A stretch of 57,298 nucleotides of DNA, the filler included, from Sphacelaria rigidula (Eukaryota), in the NCBI GenBank assembly GCA_964200075.2. It is 5 parts of 5 records of this genome, joined end to end, with 100 filler letters (N's around TTAATTAATTAA, not from the genome) between each part and the next. Parts side by side here need not be neighbours in the genome. Positions count along the whole stretch, not along the records: positions 1 to 11,381 come from CAXNAA020004995.1; positions 11,482 to 22,862 come from CAXNAA020004996.1; 3 more parts are not named here. One strand, written 5' to 3'. The position numbers and the translations under genes were made by a program. Position 1 is the stretch's first letter. Every line of letters begins with the position of its first letter. Shown here piece after piece: positions 1 through 12,779 of this stretch. The notes beneath the pieces were generated by a model. That model made no database searches and was not told the DNA's origin. It saw nothing but the letters and a program-made list of their open reading frames with translations.

Positions 1-15
1 AAGACAGATATGCCA

Positions 16-64
16 CTTCAGCCCCATATTTTGTTTGAACCCCAAAATATAAAATCGGCTGTTA
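16..64. mobile_element. Terminal inverted repeat of a TA-targeting DNA transposon/MITE (right end)
   Basis: CTTCAGCCCC...GAACCCCAAAAT...AAAATCGGCTGT-TA is the near reverse complement of 11288-11336. Confidence 0.7.
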
Positions 65-1029
65 TTAGCACAACGATAAACTATATACTGGACTGTACAT
101 GCAATACCATGCAGGACAGTGCAATACCATGCCTATACGTCAGATGCTATATGCTGCAGAGTGAGCGCGCCATATGTGCTACGTATGGCTACGCAATGTG
201 GATATATCCTGCAGCTTATATTTCTATATATGGGGGTCTTATATACCGTCAGGAGTGACATGGCACACGCGCACGTACATACATCTGCGCACGCAACTGC
301 AGCACGCAGTGAGCAGGGCGTATAAAGGAAGCGGGGAAAGTACAGTACAGACAGCGCAGGACTATATCTATTCTCTACCTACACTGCGACGTGAAAAGGA
401 CTTGAACAACGTGCAGCTTTGTACTGATGCCTGCGCCCATGCATCAACTATGCGGTGAGTACATGCTATATATACCCCGCGTGCATATGGTTCGGTCCGC
501 GTCGCCGTGCGATGCCGCGCGACCATGAAAGAAGATGCTCAAGTTTTCATGCACCAACAAGAAATACATCATTCCCAACCACGGCAGTGTATATCTATAT
601 CCCTGTGCCCAACTCGTGCTCTTTGCGACAGACAGTACAGGGTTGTGCGGTAGCTGGGAACATGAGCGTTGTTATGGCTTATTGGCATGGATCTCGGGTC
701 ATGGTCTATACTATATAATATACAAGTACTTTGAAGTACAAAATTGCTGGGGTCCCAAAGGTCAAACTCCAGAGGTAAATTTACACCTGGGGAGTCCTTC
801 TCCCTCAAAGTTGCCAACAGGCGACCATTTTACAATTACGAAATAAGGGTGCTCATGTTTCCGTTGAAAGACAAAAATAAACCTCAAACCGACAACAAAT
901 CATAGGTGGCTCAGTGCTCAGTGCGTCATTCTCCCGACCACTAAAATGCGAGATCGATACCCACCCTTGTCACAATTGAATCGTTTTTTTCCGCCGGTAT
1001 TGTGCCCGCGCTGTAAGGTCGAGCATATT

Positions 1030-1384
1030 GTATGTTTATGTGTGTGTTGTCGTCCCATCTATTTTGGGCGCCAGTCTACACCTTTCGGTATATATGAGCG
1101 CACCAGCCGGGGTCACATAGGAGGTAGATCAACACAGGAGTTTTTTTCTTTTTTATTTATTTCAGTACCCCACCTTCCTTCTGCGGTGCTCGCCTCTATT
1201 TTTTATCACGAAAGGGGTTCAGCAGTCCCTTTCTCTCGTCGACCGTTGTCGAAATTTGTGTACCCACGACACAGTCACTCTCCACTGTTGGGCATGGTCT
1301 GAGAGGAAATCCCAGATCGCTCCGAGAATTGAACCCACGACCCAACCGTCAGGAGGTTTCGAGGTTACCAACTGAGCCACCGGG
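1030..1384 (-). mobile_element. tRNA-derived SINE-like element
   Basis: Minus strand head has Pol III A box TGGCTCAGTTGG (1379-1368) and B box GTTCAATTC (1334-1326), then a non-tRNA body and an AC-rich tail; 3' boundary approximate. Confidence 0.7.
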
Positions 1385-1450
1385 ACCACCGGCTTATATA
1401 TTTCATGTGCGTAAATATACTGTACAGCATATTAACAGCAATGGACACTA

Positions 1451-1621
1451 CACAGAGTGACGAAAGCCTATGAAGCGTACTGTGTGGCGCAAAATCATAC
1501 CCTACAGCCAAATCCCCGCAAGAAACATTGCACAGTGCCCGTGAAACCCTATGAAGTGTCCTGTGTGGCGGAAAAAAACACCCTACAGCCAAATCCCCAC
1601 GAGAAACACTACACAGTTTCC
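1451..1621. repeat. ~80-bp tandem repeat, about 2.1 copies
   Basis: CACAG...CCTATGAAG..CTGTGTGGCG...ACCCTACAGCCAAATCCCC repeated at 1451 and 1531, partial at 1612. Confidence 0.8.
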
Positions 1622-4600
1622 CTGAATATCATCCAGCTCATATTTCCCATTTCCCCCCTCCTCAAACGCAGTACATAACGTGAAGCTCAAGACAAACGAC
1701 CGACCGTGCGCATGCTTTGTCGAGGGGATTGGCGATATCCTCATGCCGCGCACGTCCGAATACTGATATTTTAACGAACGATACTGTGCCGACAAAGGGA
1801 GTGTGATCGTTGGTAGTCACAAAATATTTTCGTCATGCATTCGTATGTGTACCAAAAAACCTGATCCGATACTTGCGGTAAATGTGGAAGCGGAATTTCA
1901 GCTCGATAAGATCGTGAACAATTACACCCAACGTACGCCCCCCGTTGGCATATTGTCATGGAAAGGTAGCCTATCCAATTGGGAGCAGGCCTGTCTGGCG
2001 GCCCTACATTGTATTTTCTATGCCTGTCTTCGGAACATGCCACAACACGAAGGTGCTAGTGTTGACGCGGGATCGTTACAACCGTCGGATGGAATAGCAT
2101 TACCCATCTGCCGGTAACCCGCGCATGCATACAACATGCTCAAACTCGAAACGAAGGTTCAACGTCCATTTGTTGAGATATTGACGATTTGTTTTGGTTC
2201 CAAAAGGCTGAAAGCACATCATTTTTCGAACAAAAATGTGCATAATCGAGATGGACTACCCGCACGGTGGTCAAGGGTCAACGTAGTTCATGTCGACTAG
2301 GTAAAATCATGGCCTACGTGTCGGAAAGAAATCCTTGATTTCCACTACAACACTGATTCGAGCAAGAAATAAATGATGTTATGTCGTCCACATCATTCAT
2401 CTCCTTTGACGATTAAAAACATTATTGTTGTGGATACATCAGGTACCACGAGCGACATCGATTCCACGTCACGCCTCGACTCAATTCTTTCTAATGAGAC
2501 AGAGCCTCAACTAGGCTTCTACTTATCATGCTATTATAGTACAGGGTCTGTGTGCATTTGACCCACGACTATTTCCAAGATGGACGAATTTTTCAGACCC
2601 CGCACTAGCATAACAAAGTAAGTATATGGTTATTCGACAGGTAGCCCGCGATGTAATTTCGTCCGCGCAAAGTTCAGTACAGGCCTGGACTCCTCGAAAA
2701 CATGTCGTCGGAACTCAACGGACGACGGATCAAACGTTCAGAGCCATTTTACAAAATCCAACGGGCGCTTCGGATAACGGATCATAATGAAGGGATGTAG
2801 ATAACCCAACCGCGCGTACTATTCCAACTGACGAGGAGAACAATGTCGTGAAAAAATAACGGACATAAATGATTTTTGTCAGATACCCTGTAACCCCCAG
2901 GCCCCCACCCCTTCTCACTTCCCTCATATCCAAGCTCCGCCCATGATCGTGCGATGAAGGTACGGGCACATGAGGGTTGATTTCGGGGATACGCAGATAT
3001 TATTGGTACAATGTGTAGCTGTAGCTGCCCCTTTGTGTCCCGCCGAGTGTGTGTTTCTTCAGGTCGAGTCCAGCTCATGTGATGTCGAATCTTTCGCTCA
3101 GGGTGGATTTCGCAGATCCTTTTCTCAGCTCTTTGTCGACCCTTACCATGTCTAATTCGCGTTATATTGCCTGGCATGTCATGAACAGATGACCTGCAAT
3201 CGATTCCCACAGCTTGAAGTTGTCGCCTGGGTGCGTGTGGTGTTGTGCGAGATGTCCTCAGCCTGCAGCCAGGATGCACGAGGTCTCCGCATCGATTGTA
3301 TAATAGTGTTTTGGACATAACTTGTATACGAGAAGGCATCAGTCCACGACCAGCCGACGACTTTGTTGGTCCTTGACACAGTCACCGTGCGTTCGTCCAT
3401 TGCAACGTTTTTTCGATAACGTCAATGTCCCGTCTCTCGTTTCTGTCTGTTGTCGGTAGTTCTATCCAGCACAGATACAACAGACAAACGAGGCGACTTC
3501 GGCAATCATGAAGCATATTCTCGTCGACTAGCGGTACATATCGCTGGTGCAGGGCGAACATGAAGACAACGCTGGGACATCATTTGACAAGCTGAGGATG
3601 GTGTTTCATGCGGTAAGAGATCCTTGATACTTCAAATAAACTTGTACGGAGGATATTTCGTGTGGCCCTTATCTGAGCCATAATATTTCTATCGATGAGT
3701 GGTGGAAGACAAGATTTGCGACCGCATGCGTCGTGGTGTCAGCTGCTTGGACAGTACATGTAGTTGACCGAAAAATTGCACTCCCCTGTTTGCACGTCAA
3801 GATTAGTACCACTGTACCCTGTGTGGCCGCTCCGGTTTTGTTCGGTAGTGTCTAATGCATTGGTGAGTGTTGAATGTTCTCGAGCTGTCACATCTGCATT
3901 GTCGCCAGCTGCGCCGTGCTGTCATGAAGCTAGGAGGTGTCTATGATCAAATCTGGGACTATATAGTTGCGGGTCTGATCATGCTTGACCAGGCCGGATG
4001 TGAGACTGATAAAAGGTACAGGAATGGGTCCTTGAGCCCTCCCGCGGTACTCGCGAAGGTGGAGCTGACTGCTGAGCAACCGCTATAGCCAGAGAGTAGC
4101 CGAGAGACCATCGAAAGGAGTGATGAGGAATACGAGTGAACAAGAGTATTTTGTATCAAGTGTGTATAGCTTACTGCGTGAAGCTGTAGTAGTGTGACTT
4201 GATTTCGGACATAACCTGACCCTTGTCAGTGCCAGGAGATCAGCAGGAATCTGACGTGACCGGCTTGCACAAGAGAATGCATCCCGCCTAACACTGTAAC
4301 ATTCGGCGTTCGACGTGGAGTATCTGCTTGCTTGATAGCTTGTTTTCCCTTTCTAGGGTAGAGCAGTTGTTTGCTTATCTACTGCCTGTACTACCCTCTA
4401 CTTGCTGTTTTCCCATTTGCTGTAGCTTGTTTCGCAATTTCACTTACGTGAGTCGTTTGCTTTTCATTCGTTTGGTTGATTTTTGTAGTAGCCTACGGTA
4501 CCGTACACGTGCACCCCTAGTTGCCCCAACGAAGCATTCTCTGCTGTTCGTTCCGTGCAGCGATTCTCTGCAGCACTCTTTCACTTGAATCGCGTTTTAC

Positions 4601-5395
4601 ACGCGCTTCTCGACGCGCTGCTTCTACTACGTTCGCACTGTCTCCTCTGCGACCTTTTCTTTGACCGCGCAATTTTGCTGTATCGGCCACCCGACTGTAA
4701 ACCTGTACTGTGTTGCTTTTTCTTGGTACCAGAAATCTATTTGTCCCATTCTGTTTACCAGATACCCATTGTTTTCGGCAGATATCCCCGAATCTGCTCC
4801 ACTTTTCCCATCCCATCTGCCGACTTCAGTGCAGGACACCATAAGACCGCAGGTGACATCTGCACGAAGTTGTCGTGAATTCATTCCCCTGCACTTCCCC
4901 CCACACACACGCATTTCCTCTTTTTTGGGGCGGCGCACAGCTGCACTTACTAGCTGACGAATTGTTATTGTTTCTTGCCGCTGTTTCAGTAGCGTGCGGT
5001 GTTGACACTCGGCGATCGTGGTCGATCACGTACAATTTTGACCCTGGTAGTTCAGCTTTGTCTACTGCCTCCGCCGCCCTTGGCGGGGTGTTCCGCCGGA
5101 CCAGTTGTAATTGTCCCGCACCCACCTTGGCTGCACTATTGCAGGCTGCCTTTCCGATTTTAATACCCCTTTTCGGTTTCGAGTTGCGTTTCAATCAGGC
5201 CTAGTGATTGCCTCTTCTTGGTACTCTGCCCCTGTATTGTGACTATTACATACCCTCTCGCACATTCGTGATTTATAAAATGAAAAATAAAACAATAATA
5301 AATAAATAATGAACAATAAAATAAATCACGCATTGGCTTTCTTGCTCTGGGTTCTCTAAACGTATCGCTTTGTAGACGCTGTATACGCTTCACCC

Positions 5396-8300
5396 ATGTC
5401 GCAACGTATCACCACCGCTTCTTCCCCCAACACGGGAGCTAAGCCTCCCCGCCGTACGCGAAACAAAACTGAGGGACCTTCTACTTTTTCCGGACCCGAT
5501 GCTGATTCTTCTTCAGCATTACGGAAACCAGCCTCGAGCGCTGCTCGATCCATCGGTTTTGAGGACCAACCCGTGCAGTGCTCATCGCCCCCTCCCAGCT
5601 CCGATTCCGACCATAACTCGAATTCTCGTACCCTTCCGACCCTCCCTCATCATCTCACCCGTGACCACTCCTCACAGACACGCTCTGTGCCCCAACCCTC
5701 TACGACGCCGGTGGCACCCGTCGTAGCACACACCCCATCGGATGCAGCCGTCGACACTGGACCCACCTTGACACACCCTGTGTCCCACCCCCCAACCACG
5801 CTGGTGTTACCCGTGGTCTCTACCCCACCCTCTGACTCTACTGCCAGCGCGGGTCTCGTCGTACAAGCTTCAGTCCAAGACCGTTCCGTCGTGCAGGTGG
5901 CACCCACGTCCGAACCCCCGACTGCTGGCAATACTGCCCGCGCTGCCCTGCCGGCACACACTTTTTCAACATCCGCGGCTACTTTTCGTGTCCCGGCTGA
6001 TCATGATTTATTGACAAATTTTTTGACTTCTGCTTTGCCCAACTCAGGACACCCGTCTTCGGCCCCAGCGGCTGCTTCTGGCATAAATCTGGAACCAGCC
6101 CCTGTGCCAGACGTTAGTATAGCCACAGCCCTGCAAGTTCTATGCAATACCTTGCTCCGCTCTCCTTCGGCTTTCGCCTACATGTAAGCAACCCACAGTG
6201 CCCAGCCCCACCAAACCACGCCCACCCCCACCGGACCTCGGCTTTCACCCCCACCGCCACGCCCGCCTTCCCCCCGACACAACATAACCACCTCCGCTCG
6301 ACGGATGACCGCGCGTGACGACAATTCGAGACATATCTCTCGTTCCTCCCGTATTTCTATTGCCTCAAGGGTTTCTTCACGTCGGCGCTCTCCACGTAAT
6401 GATGTTACAGTGCACGCCGACGCCATGAGGGACATTTTTTCAGATCTTCCTTGTGCAGAGGAATCGTCGGTCGTGCACCCCAGCGACCAACCGCCATATG
6501 ACTCACGCCATCGCAGTCGCCATGCTCGACCCATACGCGATAGCTCTTCCCGCTCTGACGCGGCAGTCATCCCTTCCTTGCGGCGACAACTTGCCGACTT
6601 ACAGCGCACAGTACAAACACTTGGGAACAACCCCGCATCTCCGCCCCCTACTGCGCCCCCCAAACCCACAGCTTTTGCTGCCCCGGCCCCAGCTGCCGCT
6701 GCCGCCACCGTCGCCGACACTGACGCCGATAGTGGTACCCATACTGGCTCCGGAGACCCTCGTGCACTCGCATCCGCCTCAACCCCCCCTGCATCTACTG
6801 TCGCGCCGTCCAACCCTGCGCCTTCGTCGCAGCAGGACCGCCCACAGTTGGGTCCGGAGCACTGTCCACTCGGGCTGCTCCCGCATATTTCCATGGACCA
6901 TGGCCGCACTGCCCAAGAACAACTCATCCGTGAGTATGCTGACTACGCGCCAGCCATGATGAATGATTTCGTCAATCGGCAACGCAACACGGATGCAGCG
7001 GCGTCCACATTTTCCACCAAGGAGTATCATGCTCCTCTCCGCGAACTAGAGGAGGAGCGCTCACCCGCCTCTCACGCCGTAGCCGCTCCTCGCTTCCACC
7101 GCATGCCATCCCCACCCCCCCCTACTTCGACCGCCCGCCCCGACACCAGTGCCGAACCGCGCCGCTTCTCCATCCACTGCGATGACATCCCTTGGTTCAC
7201 GCTTCCTGTGCAGACTCTTGCAGGCAAGTGCACCCGCTCGAATCCTTTGCAAAGCTGTCGCGACCCTTGGCTAGCGCTCGCTCGACTGCTTCAAAGCGCC
7301 GTGGTTTCCTACCATGACGGGGTCTGTCCTTCCGATGGTCCCCTTTCGATCACCATTGGCCAGTTAGTCCGCCACATCAAACAAACTACCAACACCTACG
7401 AACTGTCCATTGTGGACCTCTTCGACGCGTTGCGCGCCGCCTCCAAATCCGCCACAGCCCACGTTGATGACGGCTGGACCCCGGAGACTTCTCGTCGCCG
7501 ACGCCACAGACATGATGTTGCCGACCCTGAGCGCAATCGCCGCGGTGATTCTCACAACCACCACGGAGGATCAAGCTCCTCCTCTGGGAGGACCCCACTA
7601 CACCGTGTGAACCGTCCCACCACCGGTTTGACCATGACACACCAGAGTTGTGGCTCGTCGAGCTCTTCTTCCACCAAGCCCAGGATTCGGTCTGCCACAA
7701 ACTCGCCTGCGTCGGCTTCTGCCAACCTAAGTCGCGCTACACCGCGTTTAGCAGATGTTTCCCGCCAGATTTTAGGCCTTTCGGATGACAACTCGGATAA
7801 ACCGGTATTTTCCGCTTTGACTCGCACTCTGGCTTCCGCTGCCGCTGAGCGAGAGCAAGCCGCTGCTAGTGCAGCAGCAGCCGCCGCTCGAGCGGAACCC
7901 GCCCGCACCGCCGACATCCAGAGAGAATACATGCAAATGGACGTGAAAAAATCTTTGACATGTGAAATCCATGCCTGCAGCAGACAACGAAGAGTCGGGA
8001 CAATTCACTTCTCCTCCCATCACCTCTGTACGCCGCACTCTTCGAAACATCCTTCAGCTGGCAGAATCTAGGGGTGCTGAACGTTTCGAAAATTCCAGCT
8101 GGGTTGATGATTGGCAGACTCCTCTCCACAAAGCTCTGCACCGCGCCATCAACCGCCGCTCGCTGGACACTGCCGCTGCTTTGACACAAGTGATTGATGG
8201 TTTCATGGCCGCTATGGATGCGGACCGCGTCTCGGGGAAGTCAGGCCCCGATTTACTCCGCGATCTGGAGCGCCGCTTGACCGGCTACTTTGATCGCAGC

Positions 8301-9260
8301 ACTCAAGGGAGTGCTATCCAACGACTTAGTTCCTTCGGTGTCGCAACAGGTGTTCCCTTCGCGGACTAACTCCGAGAATTCAACCTTCTCGTTTCCGGTA
8401 CTATGGGAGTAGGTCGCCAGACTGGCCCATCAGAGGCAATGTGTCAATCATATGTGAGGAATAGTGTTTCCGAGCAGTTCCTGACACTAATGCCGTCGCC
8501 ATTTCCAGGTGCTTTAGCCCACGGCGAAGTGCCTTATCCCTCTATGGATGCGATGTGGAGTGCGCTTGTTCATCAAGAAAATAATTCGACGCCAGCCATT
8601 CGCGCCGTCAAGTATGCTTCAGCTCGTTCCCAGTCTGCTGCTTCGCCTTCTTCGATCCCTTCAGGGTCCCATCACCGGTCTCACACTTCGCTTCGTTCCT
8701 CGTGGGTGCCCGCCTCCGTAGCCGGCTCCGTCATGAGCGTTGCAAACAAAGAGAGATCCGTTCAGCGCCAGTTTTGACGGATGGCCGTACTCCGCCGAGA
8801 CTTGGGATGATGTTTACACTGTATCTACCTCTGCGTCTACTACAGATGACCCACATCTGCGGAACCCTCTCCTCTCGTCTGCTGCCAGACACGAGGCCTT
8901 CAGCCGCCACGCGAATAGTTGCATCGATTGAAACAGCCAAGTGCACAGTATGCGCGATTGTACTCGCCCTTGTATCAGAACAATAAGCCAGCATGGCGCC
9001 GATGGCAGAAACGCATGCGTGAATATCGCACACCCAACCGTCATTCTCGCCGCCCTTTCAACAACCGCGACAACACTCGCTCGAATCGCGACAGTCGCCC
9101 CGACAACTACGACAGTTCTGGATCCCGGCGGAGAGAGAGTTCTCCTCACCGTCACCGAAATTCCGCCGATAGACACCAGCGCACGGGGCCGAGTCACAAG
9201 CACTCGAACCCCAACGCCAGAAACCCTGGTTCCTTTATGACTGATCGTACCGATCCATGA
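5396..9260 (+). pseudogene. gag-like ORF1 of the retroelement, with in-frame stops and frameshifts
   Basis: ORFs 5396-6187 and 6305-8071 share a frame across one TAA; 7962-8369 and 8403-8777 share a frame across one TAA; 8740-8931 and 8919-9260 are frameshifted continuations; Pro/Ser-rich N-terminus then a helical region. Confidence 0.65.
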
Positions 9261-10380
9261 CATGCCGACGACGGCGTTTTTACGTCTTCGGCGCCGCCGA
9301 CAGCACACACGATGACTACCTCAACACCAACCGCGGAACGAGTGACCAAACTTTCTCGCTCAACCTCCCCGGCACTATGCAAAAGTTCTAATGACGGTCG
9401 CTCGTATCGACGCCCGTCTTCACCTCTTCGCACACAGCGTAACAGTTCGTTGACTCACAACTTAGCCCTACCCTCGGCTCTGGACTTGGTTCACCGGAAC
9501 TGAGCGTAAGTCTGAGGTGTGGGAACACCAACCGCCCGTCTCTGAGGCAAAGGCTTTCCTCAGCGGCCGCACGCACAGGCAGTAGTGCAATTCACTCGAC
9601 TGGTTCAAGTGTCGCTGGTCAGAACCTGACCGGTTCGGACCAGGTAACACCCACCCAGATCGAACGAGTTCACTCTTCGCATTCATTGCACCATGCAAAG
9701 CTACCCCTGAATTGTTACCACATAAACCATCCTACTATACCTTCGGCTATGACTCCTAAACCAAGCTTGCCAGCGGACAGTCCACAAGCTTCGCCCGAGT
9801 ATGCCCTGATGCTGACCCCATCCACTCAACTGAACGCAGTTGGGTTTTCCCCAAATAGTTTGGAAGTTCCCTGCTCGTTGTCACGGCGAGAGAGGAAGCC
9901 CCGTGAACACGCCCCCACTGACGCGCGCGCATCAACACGTACACCTCCCTCGAGTGGAAAATCTCGACCTCACTCTCTTCAAAATGCGACGACTTTGAGC
10001 TCGATGAATTTATCAAGTGTCCCAGAAGAATCCAAATCAGATATTCCGAATATTTCTACCTCTTCTGCGGACTACCCTGAACAAGACGGATCTACTCTAG
10101 ACGTTGATCCCTGCCTTCCCAACACGGTTATATATGAAATTGCTAATGACCAATCGAGCTGTGCTCACTCTGGGGATACACATCATCCACAAAACTTTCT
10201 GGTGACAAAGTTGACCCCCCGGCGGACCCGCCCTCCGTTTTCGCCGTCGGCACTATTGATTCAGGTCAATTTACCTTGGCTGAACATGGTCCGCATCTTG
10301 TCGGCGGTAAATTGTCTGTTGATCCTGCCACTTTTACTACTCACGTAGCGCTCCATTGTGGACCATACGCAACCACGACT

Positions 10381-11287
10381 ACCGAATGCGTCTTCTTGTT
10401 AGACAGCGGCAGCCCACAAACGTTTATTCGTTAATCAATGTGGGAACATATGAAACAAATTGGTGCTGCTTCAACAGCTTGCGAAATCACCACCAAACCT
10501 CGAGTATGGGGCAGTTGTTGTGACTCCACCGCACCTTTGACCGCGCGAATATCAGTTCGTCTCAGTGTGCAATTCTTTCACAACACAACTCGTTCTGCCA
10601 GTCTTGCAGTCTGGGCATATGTTGTCCCAGACAGCACCATGGCTCACGCCTTACTCATGGGCCGAGATAGTTACATGCGGTTTGATCAACGCACCTACCG
10701 CACGCTACCACCATTATCGCCACAGTCTGCGCCTTGTGGAGAACTCAACCTTGAACATTTCGGTACTCTTCACGGCGCCTTGGCCTGTCAAAGAAATGAA
10801 CAAGCTACCGGAGCTGCTTATCCCCTCCGATACGATGGTACTGCTGGTGTTACCCTCTCCAATGATCCCCAACTGCTCGAAGTTGCACTCGTTCGCCGAA
10901 ATGGCATGCCTGCCCTTACGGGACATTCCCTCGCTGAGATGCTTCCTCGGGTTGGTGCGCCTGCAGGCACAGAACACTTTGTCTCCGCCGGAAAACAGTT
11001 TTTGCCCCTCACGGGTCATGTTAATTTGGAACACGGAGATGATTTAGGTATTGCTTCTCCTCCCCTCATGCACATTCCACTTGAAACATGTACCACTGAA
11101 CCTTCGACGCTCAACTCGGCGCCTCCGATGGACGGTTCTATAAACTGCGTCGATGAACCTTACTTCGACGTAACCTCTTCGTCTCCAACACGTATCCAAA
11201 CCGTGGACTCTACACCGTCTACGTCCGACCCTCCTGCTGAAGTGCTGCAACGCCTATCGCCAGAATCTCGGACAAGTTTCTTGCATG
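10381..11287 (+). pseudogene. Retrotransposon aspartic protease region (pol 5' part)
   Basis: TECVFLLDSGSPQTFIR* (DSG at 10402-10410, TAA at 10432) is in frame with ORF 10438, which contains the LLMGRD retropepsin C-terminal motif. Confidence 0.8.
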
Positions 11288-11381
11288 TAACAGCCAATTT
11301 TAAATTTTGGGGTTCAACACTAAAATGGGGCTGAAGTCGCATTTCTCTATTGTAGGGAAGATACGAAATAGTAACACAGAG
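11288..11381. mobile_element. Left end of a TA-targeting DNA transposon/MITE inserted in the retroelement
   Basis: TA-ACAGCCAATTTTAAATTTTGGGGTTCAA...GGGGCTGAAG, inverted homologue of 16-64. Confidence 0.7.
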
Positions 11382-11481
11382 NNNNNNNNNNNNNNNNNNN
11401 NNNNNNNNNNNNNNNNNNNNNNNNNTTAATTAATTAANNNNNNNNNNNNNNNNNNNNNNNNNNNNNNNNNNNNNNNNNNNN
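11382..11481. other. Artificial contig linker (N44-TTAATTAATTAA-N44)
   Basis: 100-bp spacer with stops in all six frames; the same linker occurs four times at ~11.48-kb spacing. Confidence 0.99.

Positions 11482-11531
<50 letters not shown>
11482..11531. repeat. (CTA)n microsatellite
   Basis: Perfect trinucleotide run at the contig start. Confidence 0.95.
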
Positions 11532-12590
11532 GTTAGTACTAGTATTGGTACTATACTATCAGTAGTGATGACGTGTTTTTCATGGAGGTAACGCTCCTCG
11601 AGTTTCTGGTCTTCCGCAACCCCGCCCCCCTGTGCAATATCCACGAGGGGTTCATCAACATGATTCCGTAGTTTTCTGGGTTGTTCGGTTTCCTCTTGAA
11701 CCCTCTCCGGACCGGACTCCCCACTATGGTATGTTTATGGCACTTCCCCCCCACATTCGTGTGTTGACAGCAGGTGTCCATTTGTGTTGTTTTGAAGTCA
11801 AAATGATGCCGATCGACAAAAAAGCCCCTGCTGCATCATTTTGGCTTAAAAACATGATGAGACACCTGCAGCTAACACACGATTGTGGGGTAGAGGGTCC
11901 CGAAAGGGTCAAGCGTTGACTATGGTAAGAAGCCATACCCTGGATAAGGGGTGACCTGTGCAAAAAGTGGAGCAATATCACGGTTAGGACGAGTCAGAGT
12001 TCACACGAGTTGACTCCTCGTGAAATGGCATGATTCTACCTGTAAAAATTGTTGTTCCTGCGGAGTCGAGGATGGATAACACATACGCAGTGCAGGCATC
12101 TTGCGCGCATTACAAACGGGAGAAAAGTACGCGCAATTCAGGGCCCATCGGAAGTGAGGATTCAAGCTGTATAAATTGTTCGTCCCCCATTAAGCCGAAG
12201 GTGGGAAAAATATACGGGCGCTCACCTCGAACGACTCGGTCAAGCAAGTTGTACATGACGTTCCCGCCTCATGATGGTAAGAAGTGCGTAGCATGTACAA
12301 TCGATTTATTCAAATTGCAGTGCAGGGGATGAATATGTGCCCATTATTTACCCCGGTTTTCACGGAAGGTAGGAAACAGGTACCTTTGTCATGTACTGCA
12401 CGACTCACGAGCTAAAAAGCTGTATAAACTACAAATGATATACGAATAGTATGATTTATTCGTTGGAATGATTCTATGAGTTGAATCGCGATTTTAGTCG
12501 TCCTGACCGTGGATAATATCGAATCTGTTGTTTATCTTGTCTGTGGAAAATGGACAGTAGATTAGATACTGTACGCAGTACATTTTTCCA

Positions 12591-12779
12591 CACCCTGGAC
12601 AACGGATTACATGGGCAAAAATTGTGCTGCCTACAGTATCGGATCTATTGTTTGTTGGAATTGGCGAAAAAATGTGCTGCCTACAGTATCAAATATATCG
12701 TCTATTGACCAATAGACAACAGATTCGGTACTCTACGCAGCGCAATTTCACCAATATAATCTTCGTGTTGTCCATGGTG
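12591..12779. mobile_element. Short MITE-like element (CACCCTGGACAA ends)
   Basis: CACCCTGGACAA...TTGTCCATGGTG; related starts near 13014 and 26977. Confidence 0.5.

Larger units (their letters stand above)
4295..11287 (+). mobile_element. Decayed, 3'-truncated Ty3/Gypsy-like LTR retrotransposon (candidate 5' LTR, gag, protease)
   Basis: TGTAA at 4295 and TTACA at 5250 bracket a candidate LTR; A-rich leader; ~6 kb of intronless, C-rich, broken ORFs; retropepsin motif LLDSGS; ends at a DNA transposon TIR before RT. Confidence 0.75.

Noticed and set aside
1310-1384. tRNA gene
   Set aside because: A and B boxes are present, but the cloverleaf is imperfect and runs into a repeat body, so a SINE head fits better
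1700-3700. Possible old retroelement or Helitron coding remnants
   Set aside because: Only faint motif resemblance and no continuous frame
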